A stretch of DNA of 64,000 bases from Acidimicrobiia bacterium (GTDB taxonomy: Bacteria; Actinomycetota; Acidimicrobiia; Spongiisociales; Spongiisociaceae), in NCBI GenBank assembly GCA_003229305.1, contig QIDH01000057.1, forward strand, positions 1,702-65,701, given 5' to 3'. Below, piece after piece: positions 10,211 to 19,812 of this stretch. Numbering within the stretch: position 1 is the stretch's first letter; the number at the start of each line of letters is the position of its first letter. The position numbers and the translations under genes are program-made. The notes below the pieces were generated by a model. That model was not told where the DNA came from. It saw nothing but the letters and a program-made list of their open reading frames with translations, and searched no databases.

Positions 10211-11388
10211 TCGAAGAGCAGCGGGTTGCGGAGGCGATAACCAAGCTCATCGATGAGAACCCGCCAAGAGTCACCGACGAGGTCGAGTTTTGGGGTGCCC
10301 AGTTCGATGCCGGCCTTGCCTGGGTCCACTTTCCGGTCGGACTCGGCGGACTTGGGGCTTCCAGAGGTCTGTTCCGCATGATCCTCGATGAGCTCCGAAA
10401 GGCAGGGGCGTCGTTCGCGAACGTCAACCGCAACATCATCGGATACGGCATGGGAGCGCCGACCGTATTGACCCACGGTACCGATGCCCAGCGAGGCCGG
10501 TATCTCCGGCCTTTGTTTACAGCCGAAGAGGTCTGGTGTCAGCTCTTTTCGGAACCGGGGTCCGGATCTGATGTGGCCGGTCTGTCGACCAGGGCGATCA
10601 AGGACGGAGACGAATGGATCGTCAACGGACAGAAGTCGTGGACGACCCTGGCCCACACGGCGAAATGGGGAATGCTCGTCGCCAGGACGGATCCTGACGT
10701 CCCCAAACACCAAGGCTTGACGTATTTCATCGTCGACATGCGTCAGGCGGGAGTCGAGGTGCGGCCGCTCCGGCAGATGACGGGCGAGGCCGAATTCAAC
10801 GAGGTGTACTTCACAGATGCCCGGATACCTGACGAGAACAGGCTCGGAGCCATCGGCGAAGGGTGGAAGGTGTCCGTCACGACACTGATGAACGAGAGAG
10901 TCGCCATCGGGTCGGCACCGACCCCGAGGGGCGCTGGTGCCATTGCGGAAGCCGTGAGTGTGTGGCTCAAGACGCCGAGAACCGACCTGGTAAAGCGAGA
11001 TCAGTTGGTGAGCCTTTGGATCGAGGCCGAAGCCCTGCGGCTGACGAATATGCGTGCAGCACAATTGGCCAGCAAGGGTGTACCTGGTCCTGAGGGTTCA
11101 ACCGGCAAGCTCCAATGGGCCGAGCTGCAAAAGAAGATCTACGAGTTTGCGATCGGAGCGCTAGGTGCTGAGGGCCTTTTGTACGGCTCGGCTTACGAGA
11201 TGACCAGGCCGGATGAGGCAAGCTTCGGTAAGCGAGACACCCAGCAGAATTTTCTCAGGTCACGGGCCAACTCAATCGAGGGTGGAACCAGTGAGATCAT
11301 GCGCAACATTCTGGGCGAGAGGGTGCTCGGATTGCCGGGCGAGCCGCGAGTAGACAAGGAACTTTCCTGGAAAGATGTTCCGCGCTGA
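10207..11388 (+). CDS. Acyl-CoA dehydrogenase (FadE)
   Basis: WCQLFSEPGSGSD, NGQKSWT, FNEVYF, SIEGGTSEIMRNILGERVLGLP; ATGA overlap. Confidence 0.93.
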   Translation: MIEEQRVAEAITKLIDENPPRVTDEVEFWGAQFDAGLAWVHFPVGLGGLGASRGLFRMILDELRKAGASFANVNRNIIGYGMGAPTVLTHGTDAQRGRYLRPLFTAEEVWCQLFSEPGSGSDVAGLSTRAIKDGDEWIVNGQKSWTTLAHTAKWGMLVARTDPDVPKHQGLTYFIVDMRQAGVEVRPLRQMTGEAEFNEVYFTDARIPDENRLGAIGEGWKVSVTTLMNERVAIGSAPTPRGAGAIAEAVSVWLKTPRTDLVKRDQLVSLWIEAEALRLTNMRAAQLASKGVPGPEGSTGKLQWAELQKKIYEFAIGALGAEGLLYGSAYEMTRPDEASFGKRDTQQNFLRSRANSIEGGTSEIMRNILGERVLGLPGEPRVDKELSWKDVPR

Positions 11389-11490
11389 CCGACCTCGTCG
11401 CCTCAGGCTTGGGTAGGCTCCTGGCGACCGACGAACGTCGGACCGGCCGCTTCGCTGGGCATGGCGACGGCTGCTAGTGGGAGGCGCTCG

Positions 11491-12474
11491 ATGGTGGTGG
11501 ATCATCGCATCGTGGTTACTCGTCGGCCTCCGGGCGGCACATTGGACTGGCTTACCTCGGTCGGTGCAGTTTGGACTTGGGATGAGAACCGTCCGATTCC
11601 TGATTCGTTGTTCTCCAGCGAAATTGTCGGGGCAACCGGCCTCTACTGCATGTTGACCGACCGCATCGATGCAGACCTCCTGGATCTTGCGCCAGACCTG
11701 TTGGCAGTCAGCCAGATGGCGGTCGGCGTCGACAACATCGACCTAAGGGCCGCCACAGAACGCGGAATTCCCGTTGGGCATACGCCGGACGTGCTGACCG
11801 AGACCACGGCCGATCACGCCTTTGGGTTGATGTTGGCCACGGCGAGGCGGCTCAGCGAGGCAAGTGACTTTGTCAGAGCAGGGGGTTGGAAGCAATGGGA
11901 GCCGGAACTTCTGCTTGGAGCGGAGGTGCACGGCACGACCCTCGGGATCATTGGACTAGGACGGATCGGCAAGGCTGTCGCGAGGCGAGCCTCTGGTTTC
12001 GGGATGAAAGCCCTCTACAGCCAGAGGACCCCAGACCCGGTTGCCGAGGCCGGCCTTGGTGTGCAATACCGTTCCCTGGATGCCCTGCTCGGCGAGTCGG
12101 ATCATGTCATCGTGCTCGCCGCACTGACAGATGAGACGAAGGGCATGATCGACAGCAAGGCCTTGGCTCTGATGAAACCGACTGCGACTTTGGTCAACGC
12201 GGCGAGGGGCCCGTTGGTTGACTCCGATGCGCTTGCCGAAGCCCTCTCCAGGGGGATAATCTTCGGTGCAGGCCTTGACGTCACTGACCCTGAGCCAATC
12301 CCGGTCGACCATCCCCTCCTGGCGTTGCCCAACTGCCTCGTGGTTCCGCATATCGGCAGCGCTACCTTCCGAACCAGAGTCCACATGGCAGAGATGGCGG
12401 CGGCCAATCTCGTGGCCGCCCTCAGTGGCGAGCGGATGCCTCACTGTGCCAATCCTGAGGTTTATGAGAAATGA
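11491..12474 (+). CDS. D-2-hydroxyacid dehydrogenase (glyoxylate/hydroxypyruvate reductase)
   Basis: AVGVDNID, TPDVLTETTAD, GLGRIG, NAARG, LDVTDPEP, PHIGSAT. Confidence 0.93.
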   Translation: MVVDHRIVVTRRPPGGTLDWLTSVGAVWTWDENRPIPDSLFSSEIVGATGLYCMLTDRIDADLLDLAPDLLAVSQMAVGVDNIDLRAATERGIPVGHTPDVLTETTADHAFGLMLATARRLSEASDFVRAGGWKQWEPELLLGAEVHGTTLGIIGLGRIGKAVARRASGFGMKALYSQRTPDPVAEAGLGVQYRSLDALLGESDHVIVLAALTDETKGMIDSKALALMKPTATLVNAARGPLVDSDALAEALSRGIIFGAGLDVTDPEPIPVDHPLLALPNCLVVPHIGSATFRTRVHMAEMAAANLVAALSGERMPHCANPEVYEK

Positions 12475-12578
12475 CGCAGGTTGTGTCTTCGGTTGTCGCC
12501 GCCCGTCGAAATGGCGGATAGAGTCGAGCTCTCTGGAGGTTTGGGATCCGCTACCGCTTTCTGGCGCTGACATTCTTT

Positions 12579-12968
12579 ATGGTGATCGGCCTGGTCGGCC
12601 TCGCCGATTTCGCATGGCAGGTAGTAACCGTGGCAGATGCGGACCGCACTGCACAAGCCGCGAGGTCCCTGGGTATCGGCATCGATTCGTTGCGCACTCG
12701 GATCAACCTGCTGGTGCCGCTCGCCGCCGTGATCGCGGCCGTCGCATTGAGTGTCGCCTACGGCGCCGTTGTGGGTGATGCGCGCAGGGATGGGCGCATA
12801 ATATGTGCGACGTTGTTGTCGATATACACGATCGTCCAGGTCGCCTCCGGTTTGCTTCTCGATCCCCGTCAGTTCGTGCTGGCAGCCGTGTTCGCAGCGT
12901 TGGCCGCGGGCGCCCTGTTCTTCGTGAGGAACGCGAACCCGGTTGGTCAGACCCGGCGCAAGGCTTGA
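12579..12968 (+). CDS. Hypothetical membrane protein (about 4 TM); start uncertain
   Basis: Hydrophobic ORF co-oriented with the upstream operon. Confidence 0.55.
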   Translation: MVIGLVGLADFAWQVVTVADADRTAQAARSLGIGIDSLRTRINLLVPLAAVIAAVALSVAYGAVVGDARRDGRIICATLLSIYTIVQVASGLLLDPRQFVLAAVFAALAAGALFFVRNANPVGQTRRKA

Positions 12969-13007
12969 GCGGCCGGTCCGTTGGGCAGGATCAAGCGATA
13001 CGTCCTG

Positions 13008-13640
13008 TCACTCGGCTCCTACGACCACCAGCAGTGTGCCGTCCGAAACCGTGATCGCCGCTTCGGCGCCCTTTGCCTCGTTGCTCAGGCCACGAGTCGT
13101 TCCTGCCCTCATCTTTGCCCCAGCGAGAGGCCATCGCAGCCCTCTCAAATGAACCCCTCTTGCGGTGCCCCCTGTCGGAATGATACTTACGATCTGGCCA
13201 GGGACCGTCGGAACATGGCGAGTCCCCCTCACGATATATGCCCTGACCGGGCCGGTCGCCCAAGTGACATTGGCGGCGGCATATTTGCGAGAAGCCAACA
13301 GGCCGACGTTCGCGAGATGGTGGTCGAGGCGTCCACCTGATCCGCCGATCACCAGGATTTCTGTCGCTCTCGCTTCGATGGCGGCGTCCATGGCGAGTTC
13401 GAGGTCCGTGGCGTCCTTGGCACGTGGGTAGGCGCGGATCTCCGTTCCCATCGTGTTCGCCCTTTCATGGCCGGCCTCGCTGATGGAATCGAGATCTCCG
13501 ATCAAGATGTCGACCGTCAGCCCAAGCCTTTCTGCAAGATCGGCCCCAGAATCCGCCGCGATGGTGAGATCGGCGGGCGCGAAATCCGCCAGAGCCTCAG
13601 ATTCGACGTTGGCTCCGCCTGCGACTACGTAAACGATCAT
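13008..13640 (-). CDS. thiN: Thiamine pyrophosphokinase
   Basis: IAADSGA, GDLDSI, KDATDLELA, GGRLDHHLAN, GLRWPL, GLSNE. Confidence 0.93.
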   Translation of the reverse strand: MIVYVVAGGANVESEALADFAPADLTIAADSGADLAERLGLTVDILIGDLDSISEAGHERANTMGTEIRAYPRAKDATDLELAMDAAIEARATEILVIGGSGGRLDHHLANVGLLASRKYAAANVTWATGPVRAYIVRGTRHVPTVPGQIVSIIPTGGTARGVHLRGLRWPLAGAKMRAGTTRGLSNEAKGAEAAITVSDGTLLVVVGAE

Positions 13641-13699
13641 TGGGGCTGCCCTTTCTCGGAATCTTGTCGCCTGATTCTTAGGGCGCTGGAGGTAAATGA

Positions 13700-13734
13700 C
13701 AAAATTGTCTTACGCGCGAACCCGCGCGTAAGAC
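13700..13734 (-). terminator. Probable intrinsic terminator-like hairpin
   Basis: Perfect 12-bp stem GTCTTACGCGCG/CGCGCGTAAGAC (13707-13734) with 4-nt loop, followed on the minus strand by AATTTTG. Confidence 0.6.
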
Positions 13735-13858
13735 TCCAACGGGCGATCGTTATCGCCTGTTTGCGTTGGCCATGGCCCACATCGTGGCACCTCTGTGCCA
13801 AACAATCTGTCACACAAGTGCAAGGCCAACGGAACCCGAAAGCTGAAGCAGACAGGTC

Positions 13859-15211
13859 TCAGCGGGTTGCGAAGGTGGCGATCGACCCGTTTGCGATGAA
13901 GCCAGGGTCGCTTCCGTCGGCCGGTTGCCACCAGATTTCGTCGGCGGTTTGGCCGACCGCCGAATAGACGATTCCACTCGAATCCGGTGCCCACCTGGTC
14001 ATGCTCCTGGCGAATTGATCGAAAAACGGCAGATACGAGACCGTGTAGGTCGCCGAGGGCACGATTGGTTCGAAGAGCACGACCTCGTCCTGGTCGCCTA
14101 TTCCCCACTGGATCGCCGTTCTGTCAACTGTGCTTGTCAGAAACGCCAGGCGGGTCGAATCCGGGGCCCATTCAAAGGCGATCACGCCGGTTTGGATCGT
14201 CTCTTGGGCTCCACTCTCGAGGTTCATCGTGACCAAGGAGCCAAAGTTGATGGACTCGGGGCCCCCAGTGATCGAGAAAGCCAGCGTGGCGCCGTCTGGC
14301 GACACCTCGAAAGAGATTCGACCCTGGAATTCGAGCAGAGTCGAGAGCTCTTCAGACACGACGTCGTAACTCACCAGCTCAAGGAGGGGTTCGTCGGTTT
14401 GGAGGATCGGTTGGCCATCGGCCGATGCGACGATCCCGGTGTCCGGCTCCACCACGTACAGGACAAATGAGCCGTCCGGGGTCCACTCAGGGGCCAAGAA
14501 GGATCGGGTCGCCGGAGCGATGCGCGGCCCTGCCTCGTCCGGAGCGCCGATCGTTATGCCTCTCTCGCCCACGTGGGTGACGAGTCTGACCGAATCTGGT
14601 GCCCAGTCGAAGTAGTAAGGGGTTCCGGCCCCCGCCACGTCGACGCTTTGGTCGGTCCTGTCGACTATGGCAAGCGTGACGGGGTTTCCACCTAAGAACG
14701 CCAACTTTGTGCCGTCAGGACTCCAGTGCATGTAGAAGGGGATGAACGGGACATCGAATCGCTCCAGCCGCGAACCGTCTGGCGCGCCGATCACGATCTG
14801 GCCGTTGCCTGACGAATCGATCTCGCCCCAGGCCACGACCGATCCGCCAGGTGCCCAGGTCGGTTGAACCGCGAATGTATCGTCAGCGCCGCCTATCTCG
14901 ATCAGAGCACCGCCGGACGATGCCCTCAACACCCCATCGACACCGAGGACTGCGAGCCCGTCTGGAGCTGCGATCGTGGTCGGAGGCGTGGTGACGGTCG
15001 TCTGATCTGGAGACGGTCTCTGGGTGGTGGTGGGCGATGGATCAGGCGCTGAGCTGGTAGTCGTCGATGTGGGCTGGACCGTCGAAGGAACAGTCGATGA
15101 CGTCGGATCGATATCCGACTGGGTCGAACCACAGGCCGCGGCCAAAAGGGCGAATGACAGCAGCGTGGGTGCCGCGACCAGACGAAGACGCCGTGGGGAG
15201 TTCTGGAGCAT
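13859..15211 (-). CDS. Lipoprotein with Ser/Thr/Pro-rich linker and TolB-like (PD40) beta-propeller
   Basis: Lipobox LAAAC, repeated W(S/A)PD(G/S) motifs; TAGCCT-7nt-ATG leaderless start. Confidence 0.85.
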   Translation of the reverse strand: MLQNSPRRLRLVAAPTLLSFALLAAACGSTQSDIDPTSSTVPSTVQPTSTTTSSAPDPSPTTTQRPSPDQTTVTTPPTTIAAPDGLAVLGVDGVLRASSGGALIEIGGADDTFAVQPTWAPGGSVVAWGEIDSSGNGQIVIGAPDGSRLERFDVPFIPFYMHWSPDGTKLAFLGGNPVTLAIVDRTDQSVDVAGAGTPYYFDWAPDSVRLVTHVGERGITIGAPDEAGPRIAPATRSFLAPEWTPDGSFVLYVVEPDTGIVASADGQPILQTDEPLLELVSYDVVSEELSTLLEFQGRISFEVSPDGATLAFSITGGPESINFGSLVTMNLESGAQETIQTGVIAFEWAPDSTRLAFLTSTVDRTAIQWGIGDQDEVVLFEPIVPSATYTVSYLPFFDQFARSMTRWAPDSSGIVYSAVGQTADEIWWQPADGSDPGFIANGSIATFATR

Positions 15212-15294
15212 GGAATTGAGGCTACAGGCGGCGCCCGGTTAGCAGGCGCTTCGTGGCGCAGAGAACGCTCGGGTCGGGGTGGCGGCAGTGAAAT

Positions 15295-15320
15295 CTGACT
15301 CCCTGAGTCAGGCGTACAAT
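15295..15320 (+). promoter_or_regulatory. Palindromic operator candidate and -10 for pfkA
   Basis: CTGACTC-cct-GAGTCAG (15295-15311) just before TACAAT (15315-15320). Confidence 0.45.
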
Positions 15321-15343
15321 CCGCGCCGAAGAACGGGAGGCTG

Positions 15344-16106
15344 TTGAAGACGATCGCTGTGTTGACATCTGGTGGGGACGCTCCAGGAATGAATGCCGCC
15401 ATCTGGGCGGTCGTCAAAGTTGCAGCCTCTCGCGAAATCAGCGTTATCGGGGTGGAACGTGGCTACGACGGTCTTGTCGATGGCGCCTTTCGGCATTTGA
15501 CCCGGGCTGTCGTGAGCTCTGGAAATCTCGTTCCTGCTCCCGGGATTGATGGCATGGCCGGGTCGGGCTGGCACATTGCTCGGCACCACCCGCTGTCAGC
15601 GTTTCTACGAGGCGTCTGGCCGACAGGAGGCGTGTCGCCAGTTGACCGAAGCGGGTATTGATGGCCTCATCGTGATCGGCGGCAACGGAACTCTGACCGG
15701 CGCCCATCTCTTCTCCCAAGAATGCGGCGCCGTCCCGGTCGTCGGAGTCCCGGCCTCGATCGCCGAGCGGGTCCACGAACGGCTGAGCGACCAGCCGGAC
15801 GTCGACATTAGGGCCACTGTGCTCGGCCATGTTGTGAGAGGCGGCCGCCCGAGCTACCACGACCGCATGGTTGCGGGCCGGCTAGCACTCGGCGCAGTGA
15901 ACGCGCTCGTCGAGGGCTGTCACGGCGAGATGGTCGCCTGGAGTACGACAACCGAGGGCGGCACGCCGACCGGCGACCCGCGAGTCTCCATCTTTCCGCT
16001 CGAGGTGGTCCTCGACGAAACCGAGGCATTGCTGGATGGATCGAGCGACATGACCAAGCGCAGAGTGTTACGGATGCAGTCCGTCCAGGGAGTGCTGGCT
16101 CTCTAG
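15344..16106 (+). pseudogene. pfkA: 6-phosphofructokinase pseudogene (frameshift plus internal deletion)
   Basis: [12 protein letters not shown] in one frame; [22 protein letters not shown] in another (extra G near 15565); PASI runs straight into AERVH with the DND and MGR motifs missing. Confidence 0.85.
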
Positions 16107-16152
16107 CGGGCGGTGGAAAGTTCAGGGCGGCATGAGGAAACTTGGCGAGAAC

Positions 16153-17649
16153 TCATCTGGAGCGGCCGGTCGCTTGATTGAGATCAAAGATGCGGGCCGC
16201 CAATTCTTGATGCAGCTGGCCCTCTTGGAGCCTCCATTGCCAATTTCCATCCGTCGTGCCAGGTGTGTTCATCCTTGCCTCCGTGTCGAGCTCTAGGAGG
16301 TCCTGGATGGGAGCGATCGCCAGATGGGCGGCAGTTTCCCACGTCTTGGTGACCATTCCCCAAGCGATCGGCCCTTCGTCCGTTCTTAGGGTCCTACGCA
16401 CATCTGATCTTGTCGCCTCGTCGAGTTTCGAGAACCATCCCATGGCTGTGTCATTGTCGTGGGTTCCCGCGTACGCCACGACCACCTCAGGGATCTGATC
16501 GATGCTGAACCGATCGGCATTGGGCCGGTCGTCGAAAGCAAATTGGAGGATTTTCATCCCTGGGAATGGGAGCCGAGCCAACAGAGACCGAGCTCTGGCG
16601 CTGAGGTCACCCAGGTCTTCGGCGATAAGAGCAAGACTGCCCAACTGGTCCGCCAAAGCGTCGAAGAGGGCCATGCCCGGTCCCTCCTTCCACTCGCCGA
16701 TGGCGGCTGTGTCTGAGTGTGCAGGTATGGCCCAGTAGTCGGCGATTCCGCGGAAGTGATCAAGCCGCACCACATCGACCATGTCGAGAGTGGCCGCCAA
16801 TCGCCTCGCCCACCACCGGAACCCATCGTCGGCGTTGGCTTCCCAGTCATACGTCGGGTTTCCCCACAGTTGCCCCGTCTCTGAGAAATAGTCAGGAGGC
16901 ACGCCGGCGACTGTGACAGGGGCTCCGGTGAGATCGAGATCGAAGAGGTGACGGTTGACCCAGGCATCACTGGAATCGTGGGCCGCGTATAGGGGAATGT
17001 CCCCGATCAGTCGGATTTGCCGATCTGCGGCCAATTGACGGACGTGGTCCCATTGGCGGGAAAAAAGCCACTGCTCGAATTTTCGCCTTCCGACACGCCC
17101 CTCGAGAGTAGCGCCAGCCTTGTCCAGCGCGGCCGGGTCGCGGTCTCGCAATGGTTGTGGCCATTCCGGCCAGGGGCGAAGCTGATTGGCATCTTTCAGT
17201 GCCATGAACAGCGAGTCATCATCAAGCCAGTCGGTGTTCGATTTGGTGAATTCATCAAAGGCCGGCCAAAGAGGATGGTTGGATCCGAAACCGAGCCAGG
17301 CATTGTCGATCAAGGCAGATTTGGCGGCCTTGACCTGCCCGAAATCGACCCGATCTTGCCTGGCTGTGTTTCTGGCGAAGCCGACCTCAACCTGGTCGGC
17401 CGTGACGAGCCCATCCTCTACCAAGGCGTCGGGAGCGATCAATAGGGGATTGCCTGAGAACGACGAAAGGCTCTGATAGGGCGAGTCGGCGTATCCGGTG
17501 GGACCGAGTGGCAATATTTGCCAAGAGCTACATCCGGCGGCGACGAGCCAATCCAACCATTGCTCGGCGCTCGCGCCTAGATCGCCGATCCCGTATGGAC
17601 CTGGCAGCGATGTGGGGTGGAGCAGGACGCCTGATGTTCTGGATGTCAT
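16153..17649 (-). CDS. malQ: 4-alpha-glucanotransferase (GH77)
   Basis: GVLLHPTSLP, WQILPLGP, GVPPDYFSETGQLWGNP, RLDHFRG, AEDLG, GTHDNDT, RMNTPG. Confidence 0.96.
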   Translation of the reverse strand: MTSRTSGVLLHPTSLPGPYGIGDLGASAEQWLDWLVAAGCSSWQILPLGPTGYADSPYQSLSSFSGNPLLIAPDALVEDGLVTADQVEVGFARNTARQDRVDFGQVKAAKSALIDNAWLGFGSNHPLWPAFDEFTKSNTDWLDDDSLFMALKDANQLRPWPEWPQPLRDRDPAALDKAGATLEGRVGRRKFEQWLFSRQWDHVRQLAADRQIRLIGDIPLYAAHDSSDAWVNRHLFDLDLTGAPVTVAGVPPDYFSETGQLWGNPTYDWEANADDGFRWWARRLAATLDMVDVVRLDHFRGIADYWAIPAHSDTAAIGEWKEGPGMALFDALADQLGSLALIAEDLGDLSARARSLLARLPFPGMKILQFAFDDRPNADRFSIDQIPEVVVAYAGTHDNDTAMGWFSKLDEATRSDVRRTLRTDEGPIAWGMVTKTWETAAHLAIAPIQDLLELDTEARMNTPGTTDGNWQWRLQEGQLHQELAARIFDLNQATGRSR

Positions 17650-17679
17650 GTGTTGCCCATGATGACCGGAGCCGACGCG

Positions 17680-18903
17680 TCAGTCGATCTCAATCGAAAG
17701 CGTCTGGATGGCAGATCGAAGCGCCGCCTCGACGCCGTCGGGTTTGGGCGCGCGTGCGAAAACGAAACCCAGGTATGTGCCGTCGTATGGAAGCGGTCTG
17801 ACCACATCTCCTGGCCTGGCTGTGATGTCGACGGCGCTGATTCCGGCAACCAGCCGCGCCTCCTCGACCCCACCAATCTTGCGAAGCGTCCCTTTCGCAG
17901 GGACGGGGAGCATGGCCACTCCAGATGACGTCGACTCTCTTCGGATGTTGCGGATGTCTTCGCCGAGCGCATTGCGAATGATCAGCTGTTCCACCGAGGT
18001 GGACGTGAGTCCGAACCGCAGTGCTCGGCCGCACAGGCCTCCGATCGTCCGCGCTGCCAACTCGATCAGCACGACCTTGGTCCCGTCGATGCGCATTTCG
18101 GCATGCACAGCGCCGGTGCGCAGGCCGACCGCCCCGACCGCGGCCGCGGCCACTGCCTCGATTTCTGAGACCACATCCTGGTGATGACGGGACGGCGTTA
18201 CAAAAAGTGTCTCTTCGAAATGGGGTCCATCCATGGGGTCCGGTTTGTCGAATATCGCCAGCGTTGTCCACTCGCCCTCATGGATCAACCCGTCGATCGA
18301 TACCTCGGGGCCAGGTACGTATCGCTCCACGAGGATCGATTCGTTCGGATTCGCTCCTGCGGTGGTGAGGATATGCCTGATCGTGTCGACTGCTCGCTCC
18401 AGTGAATCCTCGTCGTCTGCCCTGATCACGCCGATTGAGGCCGACATCGACAACGGCTTTGCCACGACTGGATATCCGAGCGTCCTTCCTATCTGCGAGA
18501 GGTCAGCCCGCAATCCTGCAACGGTGAATGCCGGCTGGCGAACCGCAGACCCAACCTTGGCCCTGAGGGTGGACTTGTCGCGGGTCGCGCCGACCGCAGC
18601 GGCGGGATTGTGTATCAATCCGAGCTCTGCCGCGGCGATCGCTGCCGCAACCACACCGTGATCGTCGACGGGCACGATCGCATCGATGCTTCGAAGCCCG
18701 GCCGCCTCAACGATCCGGTTGGCTGCAGCTTGATCGTCGCAAAGGTCGATCGGGATCAGCCGATCTCCCATGTTGGCTGCCAGAGTCTGGTGGCCCTCGG
18801 TGGCCACCAGCATCTCCACGCCGAGTTCTCCGGCCGCTGCAACGAAGTCGGTAATCCGGTAGGAGGCAGACGGGAGTATGAACAGGACCGAAGGCGTTTT
18901 CAC
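17680..18903 (-). CDS. ATP-grasp domain protein (amino acid ligase-like)
   Basis: RDKSTLR, YPVVAKPLSMSASIGV, LVERYVPGPEVSIDG, HAEMR, IELAAR. Confidence 0.88.
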   Translation of the reverse strand: MKTPSVLFILPSASYRITDFVAAAGELGVEMLVATEGHQTLAANMGDRLIPIDLCDDQAAANRIVEAAGLRSIDAIVPVDDHGVVAAAIAAAELGLIHNPAAAVGATRDKSTLRAKVGSAVRQPAFTVAGLRADLSQIGRTLGYPVVAKPLSMSASIGVIRADDEDSLERAVDTIRHILTTAGANPNESILVERYVPGPEVSIDGLIHEGEWTTLAIFDKPDPMDGPHFEETLFVTPSRHHQDVVSEIEAVAAAAVGAVGLRTGAVHAEMRIDGTKVVLIELAARTIGGLCGRALRFGLTSTSVEQLIIRNALGEDIRNIRRESTSSGVAMLPVPAKGTLRKIGGVEEARLVAGISAVDITARPGDVVRPLPYDGTYLGFVFARAPKPDGVEAALRSAIQTLSIEID

Positions 18904-18983
18904 AGCGTCATCATGGTCGATTGCCGACCCTTCCAGGCCGCTGGCGTGTTTCTTCGGGCCCGAGACCGCGGTAGGATTGCCGC

Positions 18984-19622
18984 ATGAATGAATCCGGCAC
19001 CATCGTCACAATTTCAGAAGAGGCCCTTGCAGCCATAATCGAGATGAGGGACGCCGAACCCGGCGAAGACGAATTTGCTCTTTTCATCTCGATCACCGGT
19101 TTGAACGGGCCGCAATTCGCCTACGACCTGAGCTTCATGCCTGTCTCAGACAAGGAAGATACCGATGTCCTCGAACGGCATGGCGACATGGCTGTGATCA
19201 TCCCAGCCAAGGATGTGGAGAACCTCCGTGACTCCACCCTGGCCATGTCCACCAACCCTGACGCTCCAGGGCTGGCGATGAACAACCCCAATTCACCCTC
19301 GCCTGCCGTTGGGGCCATAACCGCCCCTCCACCAGGAGAACTCACCGGCCCGATCGCGGAGCAGGTGGAGCAGGTGCTCGTATCGCAGGTCAACCCGGCG
19401 ATCGCCGGACATGGAGGGGGAGCAAAACTCGTCTCGATCGACGACGGTACGGTCTACCTCGAGCTGCTCGGCGGCTGCCAGGGCTGCGGCATGGCCTCGG
19501 TCACTCTCCGCCAGGGAATCGAGAAGATACTGCGTGACGCCATTCCCGAGATCACCGAGGTCGTCGATGCCACCAACCACGCGGCCGGTTCCGACCCGTA
19601 CTACGCGGCAGCGAAAAAGTAG
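18984..19622 (+). CDS. nfuA: Fe-S biogenesis protein NfuA
   Basis: Degenerate A-type domain plus NifU domain VNPAIAGHGG...GGCQGC...DATNH; TAGGAT-6nt-ATG leaderless start. Confidence 0.9.
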   Translation: MNESGTIVTISEEALAAIIEMRDAEPGEDEFALFISITGLNGPQFAYDLSFMPVSDKEDTDVLERHGDMAVIIPAKDVENLRDSTLAMSTNPDAPGLAMNNPNSPSPAVGAITAPPPGELTGPIAEQVEQVLVSQVNPAIAGHGGGAKLVSIDDGTVYLELLGGCQGCGMASVTLRQGIEKILRDAIPEITEVVDATNHAAGSDPYYAAAKK

Positions 19623-19812
19623 AGCGAAAGCTTCACTCTTCCATATCTGGTCACATGGCCGGAAGCGCTTTCGTTTGTAGCGCCGACCGTCGATATCCCA
19701 TTCGGGTAAGGACGAGTTTGGTTGGCTGGGGAATGTCGCGCGAGGCGCAGGCGTTGTCGCTCAACACAGATCGCACTTTGTTTATTGGACTGGGAGCGCG
19801 GAGGGAAGATCG

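Noticed and set aside
13785-13800. Sigma-54 promoter (TGGCAC)
   Set aside because: No TTGC at the correct spacing, and the lineage is not expected to have sigma-54; better explained as a palindrome
13641-13865. TPP riboswitch upstream of thiN
   Set aside because: GCTGAGA on the minus strand is just the upstream gene's stop; the CUGAU..AUAAUG..GUAGG half of the aptamer is absent
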